Assembly (NCBI GenBank): GCA_963701095.1
Contig: OY969564.1
Span: 672,001-736,000, forward strand
Source: an uncultured Methanoregulaceae archaeon
GTDB taxonomy: Archaea > Halobacteriota > Methanomicrobia > Methanomicrobiales > Methanospirillaceae
Direction: 5' to 3'
DNA length: 64,000 nt
A program made the position numbers and the translations under genes. The notes below the pieces were generated by a model that saw only the letters and a list, made by a program, of their open reading frames with translations, searched no databases and was not told the origin of the DNA. This document shows positions 9,964-19,499 of this stretch, piece after piece. Each line of letters starts with the position of its first letter. Positions within the stretch are counted from its first letter, which is position 1.

Positions 9964-11379
9964 ATGAAATCAATTCGAATAATACTCGTAGTGGCCATAC
10001 TTCTTTTCCTTCTGATTTTTATTCAGGGCGTGATGGCTGCGGAAACGTATGGGTATGTGACACAATGGGGTTCCGTTGACTCGGGCAATGGAACGTTTAA
10101 CAATCCCAATGGAGTAGCAGTCGATACATCCGGCTATGTCTATGTTGCTGATATCGGGAATGACAGGATCGAGAAATTTGATTCCAATGGGATTTATCAA
10201 ACTCAATTTGGCACACCTGGCTCGGGTAATGGGCAATTTGAGGGACCCAGAAGTGTAGCAGTCGATAGTTCTGGCAACGTTTATGTAGGTGATGATACTA
10301 GAATTCAGGAATTTGATTCGAATGGGAATTATTTGATGAATATAACTCTCACCGGATATGGCAGCCAAAACACAGATTTTATTCCATGGGGTTTGGCTGT
10401 CGATACATCAGGGAATATCTACGCTGTCGATGGAAACTCGGTTCTGTTAAAATTTGATTCGAATGGAAACTATATCGCGAACTGGAGTATTAGTCTTCCA
10501 ACCGGAGTTGCCGTTGACACTTCAGGAAATGTGTACGTCTCGCAGATGTGGGGGAACATCCAAAAAAATGGAAACTTCTTAGTACTCTTTGGGGAGAATG
10601 GAGATACTAGTAGGTACCCTATGGGTCTTGCTGTTGATGGAACCGGTAACATTTATGTGACGGAAGGAGTCGATAACCGGATTAATGAATTCGATTCAAA
10701 AGGGAATTTTGTAACCCAATGGGGCACCAGGGGTTCTGGAAAAGGTCAGTTCTTTGAACCCAATGGTATTGCCGTGGATGCATCCGGCAATGTATACGTT
10801 GCGGATTCAGGGAACAACAGGATCCAGAAGTTTGCTCCATCTCAGCCCGGCGCTATTACTGTGACTTCTGAGCCGGCTGGTGCCGAGATTTATCTCGATA
10901 GTGAAAACACAACACAGGTAACACCGTACACGTTCGAAAATCTCAACCCGGCTGACTACGATGTTTATGTCGTCCTTAACGGGTATTCTGTACCAGACGT
11001 TCAGACCGTCGATGTGACAGAAGGTTCAACTGCAACCGCCGATTTCCCGCTCCACACACTGGTGAACGGATCTATCTCAGTGATTGCTGCAATAAATGGT
11101 GCTGAAATCTGGATCAACAATGTTGACACCGGACATGTGGCCCCGTTTACCTTTGAGAACATGCCTTGGGGATCCTATCTGATCGAAATAAAATCTTATG
11201 CGTGCTATCAAATGCCGCTGGATGTAACCATTTCGCCAGCTGATCCTGTCGCAACGGCTGACTTCTCCTCTTGCATGCCTCCTATGTTACCCGAATTTCC
11301 CTCGCCGGTCATACCGGCGATTATGATCATCGGATTCCTTGGAGCCGTATTGTTCATCCAACGAACCAGAGAACACTAA
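9964..11379 (+). CDS. secreted NHL-repeat beta-propeller protein with PEGA domains and PEF-CTERM
   Basis: Signal peptide, repeated PxGxAVDxSGNVYVAD, VTSEPAGAEIYLD (PEGA), LPEFPSP-TM-QRTREH. Confidence 0.92.
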   Translation: MKSIRIILVVAILLFLLIFIQGVMAAETYGYVTQWGSVDSGNGTFNNPNGVAVDTSGYVYVADIGNDRIEKFDSNGIYQTQFGTPGSGNGQFEGPRSVAVDSSGNVYVGDDTRIQEFDSNGNYLMNITLTGYGSQNTDFIPWGLAVDTSGNIYAVDGNSVLLKFDSNGNYIANWSISLPTGVAVDTSGNVYVSQMWGNIQKNGNFLVLFGENGDTSRYPMGLAVDGTGNIYVTEGVDNRINEFDSKGNFVTQWGTRGSGKGQFFEPNGIAVDASGNVYVADSGNNRIQKFAPSQPGAITVTSEPAGAEIYLDSENTTQVTPYTFENLNPADYDVYVVLNGYSVPDVQTVDVTEGSTATADFPLHTLVNGSISVIAAINGAEIWINNVDTGHVAPFTFENMPWGSYLIEIKSYACYQMPLDVTISPADPVATADFSSCMPPMLPEFPSPVIPAIMIIGFLGAVLFIQRTREH

Positions 11380-11891
11380 TTTTTTCAATCTTTAAAAATC
11401 CGGCTCCGGAATTTGAGAGGTTTTAGTCCCCTTTTTTGATGCCCCTGCTCGCTTCAGGCGATTATGGTTCATCCGTACAACCATTCCAGTGGAAGTATCC
11501 CCGGCGGGCATTCCCGTTTTTATCATCAGTTTCAGAAGGCCGGTTATCCGTCGTTTTACTAAAGTGGCAGCGCAAAGAATCTTCCTGCCGGGTGCGACCT
11601 ACACAACCGCAGGTGTCCTCCAGTCAGGAACTGACATAGTACCAGTTGAATTTACGGCTAACTTTTACTATTCAGGAGTTACAGGCAATTATGATCTCAC
11701 GGTTCGCGAGATTGGGCCGTAATAATTTTCTCTTCAACCGGGACTGGTTTTTTGACCAAAAGGAGAGTTTCATTATGCACGGCTATTGCTTCTTCAGACG
11801 ACATTCTTTTTCGTTATGTGCCGATACCGCATCAGCATTGCAGAGAGATACTTTTATATACAATCATCGTAACTTCTGGTCAGTGAGATTT

Positions 11892-12533
11892 ATGAAAAAC
11901 CATATCCTTGTTGTTCCGGTTCTGTTTCTGGTTCTTATGTGTGTAATTATGATTTCCGGATGTACGTCAAACACCGGTAATAGTGCAGTTACGACGGTAC
12001 CTACAACGCTGCCTGTGGCTACCGCTGCAGGACCACAGTACCTGACCTATACCAATCCAACATATCAACTGACGATGTCGTATCCTTCTGACTGGCGGGA
12101 ACAGGATGTTGCTCCAGCGACCTGTTTGGCAGCACGTCCCTATGGCAAAACTACCTGTAATATTGTTAATTTCTTTTCCCCGACGGTTAATGGAAAATAT
12201 ACTACCTTCAGTATTGACGTAGATAATCCGACAACATCGACTCTTGGAACGTATTTTAACAATGTTACCGGTGCAATAGAGAACTATTACCCGGGCGTGC
12301 AGGTCGTTCAAACCTCTCTCCAGGAGGAAATTTCCGGCAATCCTTCATATGAGCTTGTCTATACTACAGGTCAGGAGGGGAAAACAAATCCAGTACCGGC
12401 GATTGTGGAAGTCACTTTTGGAAATACTAACGTCCCGTATATTATTTCCTATTCTGCATTAGATGATCAGACATTCGATTATATGGTCAAATCTATCCAG
12501 ATAGCGACGGTACCCCCCACACAAGGCCGGTGA
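11892..12533 (+). CDS. PsbP-like lipoprotein
   Basis: Lipobox-like MISGC after a hydrophobic signal, Thr-rich linker, TYTNPTYQLTMSYPSDW, FDYMVKSIQI. ATG 11892 preferred over the track start. Confidence 0.7.
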   Translation: MKNHILVVPVLFLVLMCVIMISGCTSNTGNSAVTTVPTTLPVATAAGPQYLTYTNPTYQLTMSYPSDWREQDVAPATCLAARPYGKTTCNIVNFFSPTVNGKYTTFSIDVDNPTTSTLGTYFNNVTGAIENYYPGVQVVQTSLQEEISGNPSYELVYTTGQEGKTNPVPAIVEVTFGNTNVPYIISYSALDDQTFDYMVKSIQIATVPPTQGR

Positions 12534-12617
12534 ACTTTTTTTTATTTTTTTGCAGGACTACAAGAAACGTGACCTGCACCGGGAAACCTATTATTCCGGA
12601 TTGAATATTCTCTCATC

Positions 12618-12722
12618 ATAAAGACCAGCACGATTGCCGTTGAGGATACTCCCGAGAACCGACAGATCTGTATGAAGTACTGCGATGCATGCTCGAGCTA
12701 CCAGGAGAACAATCCTGGACAA
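12618..12722 (+). pseudogene. 5' fragment of a DUF2769-like Cys-rich gene
   Basis: IKTSTIAVEDTPENRQICMKYCDACSSYQENNPGQ matches the N-terminus of 51822-52064; start codon ATG changed to ATA; truncated next to repeat copy E. Confidence 0.85.
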
Positions 12723-12738
12723 AACCGCCATCCTCATC

Positions 12739-12918
12739 TTTTCCCGCTTGGCCTTCCCAGGCGCCCTCTCTTCATCCATTAATACAGTCTCCCCTCCTGG
12801 AACCGCGACCGCCATTTTTCCCCGGATATACTCACTCGCGTAAGGCTCGTCGCCTCGAAAATATCGTGGGATTTAGCACAAATAACATCAGCGAGGACGA
12901 TCCTTCTTAATAGTCCAG
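12739..12918 (-). repeat. repeat family 1, copy E
   Basis: TTTTCCCGCTTGGCCTTCCCAGGCG ... GGGATTTAGCAC...CATCAGCGAGGAC; minus strand MAVAVPGGETVLMDEERAPGKAKREK. Confidence 0.85.
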
Positions 12919-12971
12919 GTAATCGAAATTCACAAAAATAAGAATAAAAATTATATCGTAACCAAGTATCT

Positions 12972-13238
12972 TCAATACTCGAAATTCTTCTTTTTTCCGA
13001 TAGTGATTATTTCAATGAGCAGCATATCATGATGGATAAAAAACGTCACCCGGTAATCTCCAACGCGAAGGCGGTACCGGGGCATTATCCTCGGACTGTC
13101 CCGGACTTTTACAACGTCATGACGCAGATCCGGGTTTTCAGCAAATCGCTCTAAGGCAAGTTCGATGTGGATACGAAAATCCCGGGGAATTGACCTCAGG
13201 TCTTTTTCTGCCCGCCGTGAAAGTTTTATCTGGTACAC
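12972..13238 (-). CDS. RelE/ParE-family toxin
   Basis: YQIKLSRRAEKDL, YRLRVGDYRV. Confidence 0.92.
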   Translation of the reverse strand: MYQIKLSRRAEKDLRSIPRDFRIHIELALERFAENPDLRHDVVKVRDSPRIMPRYRLRVGDYRVTFFIHHDMLLIEIITIGKKKNFEY

Positions 13239-13242
13239 GCCA

Positions 13243-13503
13243 TCACAGGTTCCGGGCTTTGATTACTTCGTCGTCACCCAGATCCTTCATGACATCCCGA
13301 AGCGAGCGTACCCTTCCCGCCTTAATGTCGGCTATTCCTTCCTCCATTGCATCAATCTCATCTTTGGTAAGGGGCTCATCATCATACGCTAATTTAGCCA
13401 GGCGGCGAACAACATCATCATAGGTCTCCCGGGGGTTGATCTTCAGATCGTCCAGAAGCGCCTTCGTATCTGTCCGCATTCGTACGGTTGTAACTTCTGA
13501 CAT
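13243..13503 (-). CDS. cognate antitoxin (RHH-like N-terminus)
   Basis: TTVRMRTDTKALLDDLK..PRETYDDVVRRL, acidic PLTKDEIDAMEEGIADIKAGR; directly upstream of RelE. Confidence 0.85.
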   Translation of the reverse strand: MSEVTTVRMRTDTKALLDDLKINPRETYDDVVRRLAKLAYDDEPLTKDEIDAMEEGIADIKAGRVRSLRDVMKDLGDDEVIKARNL

Positions 13504-13512
13504 ATACATGAG

Positions 13513-13524
13513 TATATGCATATA
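13513..13524. promoter_or_regulatory. 12-bp palindrome upstream of the antitoxin, candidate autorepression site
   Basis: TATATGCATATA is self-complementary and lies about 10 bp upstream of the antitoxin ATG; it overlaps TATA-like sequence. Confidence 0.4.
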
Positions 13525-13587
13525 TACTGTAATAAATGGATCACTTTGGGGTAAAAAAATTTCTCTGTTTTATCGTTATCCTTATTG

Positions 13588-13771
13588 TTTCCCGCTTGGT
13601 CTTCCCGGTCGCACCCTCTTGTCATCCGGTAACACATTCTCCCCTCCCGGAACCACAATAGCATCTTCCCTTGATATACTCGCTGGCATACGGCTTGCCA
13701 GCCTCAAAAATGTCATGGGATTTATCCACGCTTCCATCCGCGAGGACACGCGTATTCTTAAAGTCCTGAGA
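13588..13771 (-). repeat. repeat family 1, copy F
   Basis: TTTCCCGCTTGGTCTTCCCGGTCG ... GGGATTTATCCACGCTTCCATCCGCGAGGAC ... GTATTCTTAAAGTCCTGAGAA, colinear with copy A. Confidence 0.85.
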
Positions 13772-13839
13772 AATTAACAAAACCTTTGCACCGAAAAAAT
13801 CATAATCTAATAATCTTATATTCTAAGTTGTGAGTGCAT

Positions 13840-14055
13840 ATGTCTGATACGACACTTGTCAAGGTCTCGTCAAAAGGGCTTGTCACCCTCCCGAAAAAGA
13901 TCCGGTCAAAACTCGGCATAAATGACGGGGATTATCTGGCAATATCATCGAATAAAGACCAGATTATCTTCCGGAAAGCGAAGATCGAAATCGATTATGA
14001 AAACCCGGATGATGCATGGAAAGAGTACTCAAAGAAAAAGTTAGCACATGACTGA
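13840..14055 (+). CDS. AbrB/MazE-family antitoxin (copy 2)
   Basis: Two amino-acid differences from copy 1. Confidence 0.9.
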   Translation: MSDTTLVKVSSKGLVTLPKKIRSKLGINDGDYLAISSNKDQIIFRKAKIEIDYENPDDAWKEYSKKKLAHD

Positions 14056-14398
14056 TCCGGCACAGGGATCCATCGTCCTTGTGGATTTTTCCTATTCCGA
14101 CCAGATCCAGTCCAAAATGCGTCCCGCACTTGTAGTGAGTAATACCCGGTATAACAGGATCTCCCGTGATTTTATCGTCATTAAAATCACCTCCAGAAAA
14201 CCAAAACTGATGGAGGTCAGTCTGAAAAACGATGACCTTCTCGCCGGATCGCTTGACCATCCCAGCTATATTCAGGCTGATGGGATCTACGCTCTGGAAA
14301 AAGAGTTAATTTGCAAATCCATTGGTGATGTTCGACCAGAGAAGATGCAGGAGATCAGGAACCGGGTTTTGGATCTCTTCTCTCCAGATGAGGAGTAA
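14048..14398 (+). CDS. PemK/MazF-family toxin (copy 2, intact)
   Basis: QGSIVLVDFSYSD..QSKMRPALVVSN..YN, IKITS, SYIQAD. Confidence 0.92.
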   Translation: MTDPAQGSIVLVDFSYSDQIQSKMRPALVVSNTRYNRISRDFIVIKITSRKPKLMEVSLKNDDLLAGSLDHPSYIQADGIYALEKELICKSIGDVRPEKMQEIRNRVLDLFSPDEE

Positions 14399-14435
14399 TT
14401 TTCCCGGAATCCAATATTTTACTGTTAATCTCATT

Positions 14436-14452
14436 TTTTCCCGCTTGCCTTC
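14436..14452 (-). repeat. repeat family 1, copy G (degenerate core)
   Basis: TTTTCCCGCTTG-CCTTC, about 40 bp after the MazF stop. Confidence 0.55.
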
Positions 14453-14528
14453 AATTTATGAACGGTATATTGCCTCGATCCCGTAACGGTCCTGCCTGGA
14501 ATGCAGATTATGTTACAGGATTGAACGT

Positions 14529-14681
14529 TTATTTTTTTGCGGCTGGAATATCCCCCTTCAAAAATTTTTGCAAGTCGTTTAACAATTTCTTTTGTTCTTT
14601 CGATCCGTTTTGGGTTTTCTTCAAGAGTTTTGATATCCGTGCAATAGCCGCCTCCTTACTGTCGCGTTCATCTTTCTGCAT
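14529..14681 (-). CDS. small basic helical protein (50 aa), not in ORF track
   Basis: MQKDERDSKEAAIARISKLLKKTQNGSKEQKKLLNDLQKFLKGDIPAAKK* with GGGTGAT ribosome-binding-like site upstream. Confidence 0.5.
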   Translation of the reverse strand: MQKDERDSKEAAIARISKLLKKTQNGSKEQKKLLNDLQKFLKGDIPAAKK

Positions 14682-14856
14682 GTGTATCACCCGATCCTGT
14701 TAGTCAAGGTGGGCTGTTTATCGCATACCCTCTTAATGGCTGGTATTTTCCCGTGTTGGAATGATGACACCATACAAGAAGCAATTTCATCATCAACCGT
14801 TTCCGGACCCAAAACTCCATCAGGTTAATGAACTTCCGGAACATTCCGTAAATTAC

Positions 14857-15984
14857 ATGCAGATCCAGAGATTCGTTGTCCAGACAACTGACGAACTCGA
14901 TGAGAAGATCAGGAAATACCAGAAGGATTTTCGGCCCACTCTCGCATTTCTCTTCACCACACCTTTTCTCGGAATTGAGGACTGCGTCGGGGTATTCGGG
15001 AGCACCGGTGTTGAAGTTTTTGGTTGTACAACTGCCGGAGAGATCATGACGGACACAGGAAGTTCTCCGGTCCACGAACTTTCAGCAGTATGTTGCCTCC
15101 TTGATCCCCCCCCTTCTGCCATCTCAGTACGCCTTTTCGAACGTGGGGAGGGGGGTTCTGCCGCACTCGGGCACCAGATCGGCATCTGGGGTTCCTCGCT
15201 CTTTTCACGCCCCGCGTTCCTTATAGCAATCTCCGGTCTTACCAATGATGGCGAGGCGATCATCCGGGGCATACAGGAAGCCATTCCGGAAGGGACCACC
15301 ATTGTTGGAGGCATCGCCGGCGATGATAATGCGTTTGAGGAGACAACGGCATTTTCCAAAAACGGCCTGTCCCATGACGGCGCAGTGGTTCTTGCCCTTG
15401 ATACCGATCAGATTGAACTCTCCAGTTTTACCACAAGCGGCTGGCAGGGTGTGGGAACCGAGATGGTCGTGACGTCATCGGAAGGAAATGTGGTGAAGTC
15501 CATAGACGGGAGGCTGCCAATCGATCTGGTTACGGAGTACCTCAATATCCCCAAAGAGGAAATCATTGCCACTGCACTCAGTTTTCCCATGCTGGTCACG
15601 CGGCCCGACGGAACCAAAACCCTCCGGACCGCACTCTCCGCGGATTTCGAAACCGGATATCTCACGTATGCAGGAACTATACCGGAAGGTTCGATCCTCA
15701 GGTTCTCCAGCTCGTTCGGATTTGAAACGATAGCGGCTACCACGCGTGAACTGAAAGAATACCATCAGAAGAAACCAGATGCTGATCTCATAATCATTTT
15801 TGACTGTTGTGCCCGCCATCAGGCTGCAGGCAAAAAGGTGAACGAAGAGATCCAGGCTATAGCAGACAACTGGAATGTCCCGGTTGTAGGATTCTTCACT
15901 TACGGGGAGATCGGGCATACGGAAGCCGGGTCATGTGACGTGTTCAACGAAACCCTCTCGTTAGCGCTCCTGAAATTCCGGTGA
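14857..15984 (+). CDS. FIST (FIST-N/FIST-C) signal transduction protein
   Basis: GCTTAGEI, VGGIAGDD, SGWQGVG, IFDCCARH, VGFFTYGEIG, NETL; ATG 14857 likely start. Confidence 0.92.
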   Translation: MQIQRFVVQTTDELDEKIRKYQKDFRPTLAFLFTTPFLGIEDCVGVFGSTGVEVFGCTTAGEIMTDTGSSPVHELSAVCCLLDPPPSAISVRLFERGEGGSAALGHQIGIWGSSLFSRPAFLIAISGLTNDGEAIIRGIQEAIPEGTTIVGGIAGDDNAFEETTAFSKNGLSHDGAVVLALDTDQIELSSFTTSGWQGVGTEMVVTSSEGNVVKSIDGRLPIDLVTEYLNIPKEEIIATALSFPMLVTRPDGTKTLRTALSADFETGYLTYAGTIPEGSILRFSSSFGFETIAATTRELKEYHQKKPDADLIIIFDCCARHQAAGKKVNEEIQAIADNWNVPVVGFFTYGEIGHTEAGSCDVFNETLSLALLKFR

Positions 15985-15990
15985 ACCCTG

Positions 15991-18338
15991 ATGAGTGAAA
16001 TCAATGAGCTCAGGGATCTGCTCAAATCGTCCCTCAACCAGATTGAGAAACACGACGCAGACAGGGTAGAACGACTCCTCCGGCGCCTCGAAACCAGGAC
16101 CGAGATGCTTGAGAAGAAATACAACCGTGCCACCCAGGACCGGCAGGCCGGCCATTCGCTCCTGAAAAAGACATCGGATGACCTTATCCAGCGATACCTG
16201 GCCATCTTCGAACATTCCGGTAATCCTATGGTAGTCATTGAGAACGATGGCACCATTGTTCTTGTAAACAATCTTTTCTGCACATTAACGGGCCAGAATG
16301 CTGAGGATATCCAGAACAGGAGCAATATTACCGATTACCTTACCGGAGAAATGGGAGGGCTTATGCCCGCTGACACGACCCAGACAGGCCAGGCTCCCGT
16401 TACCACGGAAACCACCACCGGCAGAATGCATCTTCCTGATGGAAGGATAGTCGATGTAATAATCAGCATGGGATCGTTCTCCGGCAGCTCGCAGCGGAGC
16501 GTCACCTTTCTCGATATAACTGAACGCAACCGGCTGGAACGGGAACTGATGGAGACAACCGAGCTCCTCACCGGTATCCTCAAAGCTTCGCCTGTCGGGT
16601 TCCATAAAACTGACACCGAGGGAAAGATCGTCTATATTAACGATACGTGGACGCGTATTACCGGGTTCTCCCGCGAGGAAATGCTGGGTAAATTCTACGC
16701 AATTATAGTTCACCCGGAGGATCGCGAGAACGTCATTCAGGGAGTACGGGAGAGTGCAGAAAGGAAAGAGAGTATGGTAATCGATACACGCATCGTCCGG
16801 CAGGATGGCGTGATACGCTGGATCTCGGCCCAGGCAGTACCTGTTGTGGATCCGGGCAACAACATAACCGGGTGGGTAGGTGCGATACGGGACATCACAC
16901 AAAGGCGTGAAGCAGAAGAGGCACTCCATAAAAGCGAGCTCAGGTTCCGGGAGCTTACTGATCTTCTCCCTCAAACTATCTTTGAACTGGATTTGCGAGG
17001 GAGTATCACCTATGTTAACCGTGCCGGTCTTGAAATATTCGGTATTAACGAGGAGAAAATCCAGAACGGCGTAAACGTCCGCGAATATATCAGCCCCGGA
17101 GATCTCGAACGTATGAATACGGGACTGGCAAGAGTGGGTGCTGGTGCAAAATCCCAGGGAGAGGTCGTTCATCTCACGAGGCTTGACGGAACACTGATGA
17201 ACGCTATTGTTTATACCGGTCCCATCATTCGGAACGATGCGGTGATCGGGTTCCGCGGTATTGTGATCGATGTCACTGAACGGTTGAAACTCGAAGATGC
17301 ACTCAAAGAGAGCGAGGAAAAATACCGGGCTCTTACGGAAAATACCCCGGATATACTCTTTTCTACGGATATGAACGGGATTATTACCTATGCCTCACCA
17401 CAAATCGCAAAATATGGATTTCTTGAAGATGATGTAATGGGAAAACCATTTCATATTTTCGTCCACCCCTCAGATGTTCATGACGTGGAAAGTAATCTTT
17501 CCCGGGAATTGAAAGAGAATGCGCAATTTGTTTCCCGGTTCAGGATCCTGGACAAATGGGGTATTACGAACTGGTTTGAGGAGAAAAGTTCCCTGCGGCT
17601 TGACATATCAGGAAAACCGATCGGGATCTATGGCATCCTTCGGGATATCACAGAACGAAAAAAGGTTGAAGATGCAATCGAAATTGCCAATAAAAAACTA
17701 AACCTGATGAACCAGATCACCCGTCACGATATTATCAACACCATTACCGGGGTATCGGATGCTTAGACATGGCAAAATCTACAACTGAACCTGAAATGAA
17801 GGAGCAGCTTCTTGATGATATCAGGGAACTTACCCGGGTTATCCAGCGCCATATTACGTTTACCCGGGAGTACCAGGAAGTCGGTGTCCATCTGCCGCAA
17901 TGGCAGAATGTCAATGATCTTATCGATAAAACAATTAAGAATTTCACAAAATCGGGTATCATATTTCAATCAGATTTCGAAAATATTGAGGTCTACGCGG
18001 ATCCTTTACTGGAAAAAGTGTTTTACAATCTGGTAGATAATGCCATAAGGTACGGGAAAAAACTTACAACTATTGCGATATATCCAAAGATTTCCGATAC
18101 GGATTTCTCGCTCATTTTTGAGGACAATGGTGTTGGTGTCGAACCTGACATGAAACGCGAGATCTTCAAACGCGGAGTTGGAAAGAATACCGGGATGGGA
18201 TTGTTCCTGACCGCTGAGATCCTGGCAATTACCGGAATATCAATAGAAGAAGCCGGAACGTATGGGAAGGGTGCCTGTTTCGAGATCCGAATCCCGGCAG
18301 GATACTGGCGTTTTGTGACGGAAGAACACGCACGGTAA
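15991..18338 (+). CDS. multi-PAS histidine kinase, -1 frameshift near 17755
   Basis: Four PAS modules and ITRHDIIN H-box in the first ORF; second ORF has the HATPase (NLVDNAIRYG, DNGVG, GMGLF); paralog at 58550 reads GLFGCVDM across the junction. Confidence 0.9.
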
Positions 18339-18452
18339 CTATTTCAGCGAACCGGTACGTTGTATAGACATTTCGTTACCTTCTGCAACTGTTCTGTGGT
18401 TAGTTGTGCCCTGATTGTAAAATAATGCTGCAGGATTGATTCAAAAAAAAAG

Positions 18453-19472
18453 TTAATGTTGTCTGGTTTGCCGGAGGTAAAACATGACTCCAAGGAATCC
18501 GATAATCATAACAGTTGGTAAGACCGGTGAGGGGAATTCAGGAATCTCTGATACCCACATAATTGTTGAAAAACCTGACGAGATCGTAGATCCTGCTGGA
18601 TCAATATAACTGGCAACCACTGAATCAGTGCCAACTGCATTATTGGTATAGGTGAACGTTGCCTGGCCGGAGGCATCAGATCGTGAAGTGCCATCCTTGC
18701 CGGCATCAGGCCCCGAAATGATTCTGAACGTAACAAGTGTACCAACTACCGGCTTCTCTGAATCATCCAATACCAACGCAGTCAACTTATTAGATTCATA
18801 AACCCGGGCTATTTCTTCAGGAGGCGTTAAAACAAGTATGGGGCCTCCAGGTCCTACAGTGACTGTGCTGGTTACGGGAGCCGTCTCAAAGACAACCTGC
18901 CCGCAGGGAGGCGGAGGAGAGAAGTACCGGAAAGTCCCGGAACTTGTAATAAGGGTCCCCGGGGGTGTTTCCGGAGAAATTATGCCAGAAATCTGGAGAG
19001 GATTTTCATTACCATTCGGTACCCATCCGCTATCAAACCACCATCCGGTACCAAACATCCCCGTGGGTTTACAAATTACTGAATTGCCGGTGATCCTGCA
19101 CACTACATTGAAAAGGGGAGTATTATCGGTGACATATTGGATATTTGAATCGAGGGTAAATGTTGCGCAGGAGATTGCGATAGATCCCGGATAATGGGGC
19201 GGATAATGTTGTGGTGGAAAAATCCCCCCAAATTGGTACGTAATTCTATCTCCAGGAGCATAGACTGTTTTATCGGGAGTCATATTGAACGAGAAAGATC
19301 CCAAGGGACTCAAAGGGCTGAACTGTACATATCCTCCGCAATTCGCACCAAACGCCAGGACAGATCCGGTACAAAGTACCAGAACAATGAGTGCTATGAC
19401 TCCGATTTTAACGAGAAATATGTTTCTACCCATCATATTAATCACGTTTTTTATCTTGGTTTCCTTACACAC
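18453..19472 (-). CDS. secreted PEF-CTERM protein with Ig-like (Big_1-type) domain
   Basis: Signal peptide, VTFRIISGPDAG..SDASGQATFTY, IPEFPSP-TM-RQTRQH. Start may be about 11 codons downstream. Confidence 0.85.
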   Translation of the reverse strand: MCKETKIKNVINMMGRNIFLVKIGVIALIVLVLCTGSVLAFGANCGGYVQFSPLSPLGSFSFNMTPDKTVYAPGDRITYQFGGIFPPQHYPPHYPGSIAISCATFTLDSNIQYVTDNTPLFNVVCRITGNSVICKPTGMFGTGWWFDSGWVPNGNENPLQISGIISPETPPGTLITSSGTFRYFSPPPPCGQVVFETAPVTSTVTVGPGGPILVLTPPEEIARVYESNKLTALVLDDSEKPVVGTLVTFRIISGPDAGKDGTSRSDASGQATFTYTNNAVGTDSVVASYIDPAGSTISSGFSTIMWVSEIPEFPSPVLPTVMIIGFLGVMFYLRQTRQH

Positions 19473-19499
19473 CGACCTGAAAGAAATTAATCTAAAAGT

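Noticed and set aside
11436..11890. ORF 11489-11722 and the N-terminal extension of the PsbP-like ORF
   Set aside because: No recognisable family; the lipoprotein signal starts at 11892. Possibly an unassignable gene remnant.
5879..14452. CRISPR array or canonical integron
   Set aside because: Repeats are long, degenerate and separated by whole genes. No cas or intI gene, and I could not identify attC R/L boxes by eye.
17740..17770. Programmed frameshifting or phase variation in kinases
   Set aside because: No consistent slippery sequence or long tract, and similar indels hit unrelated genes.
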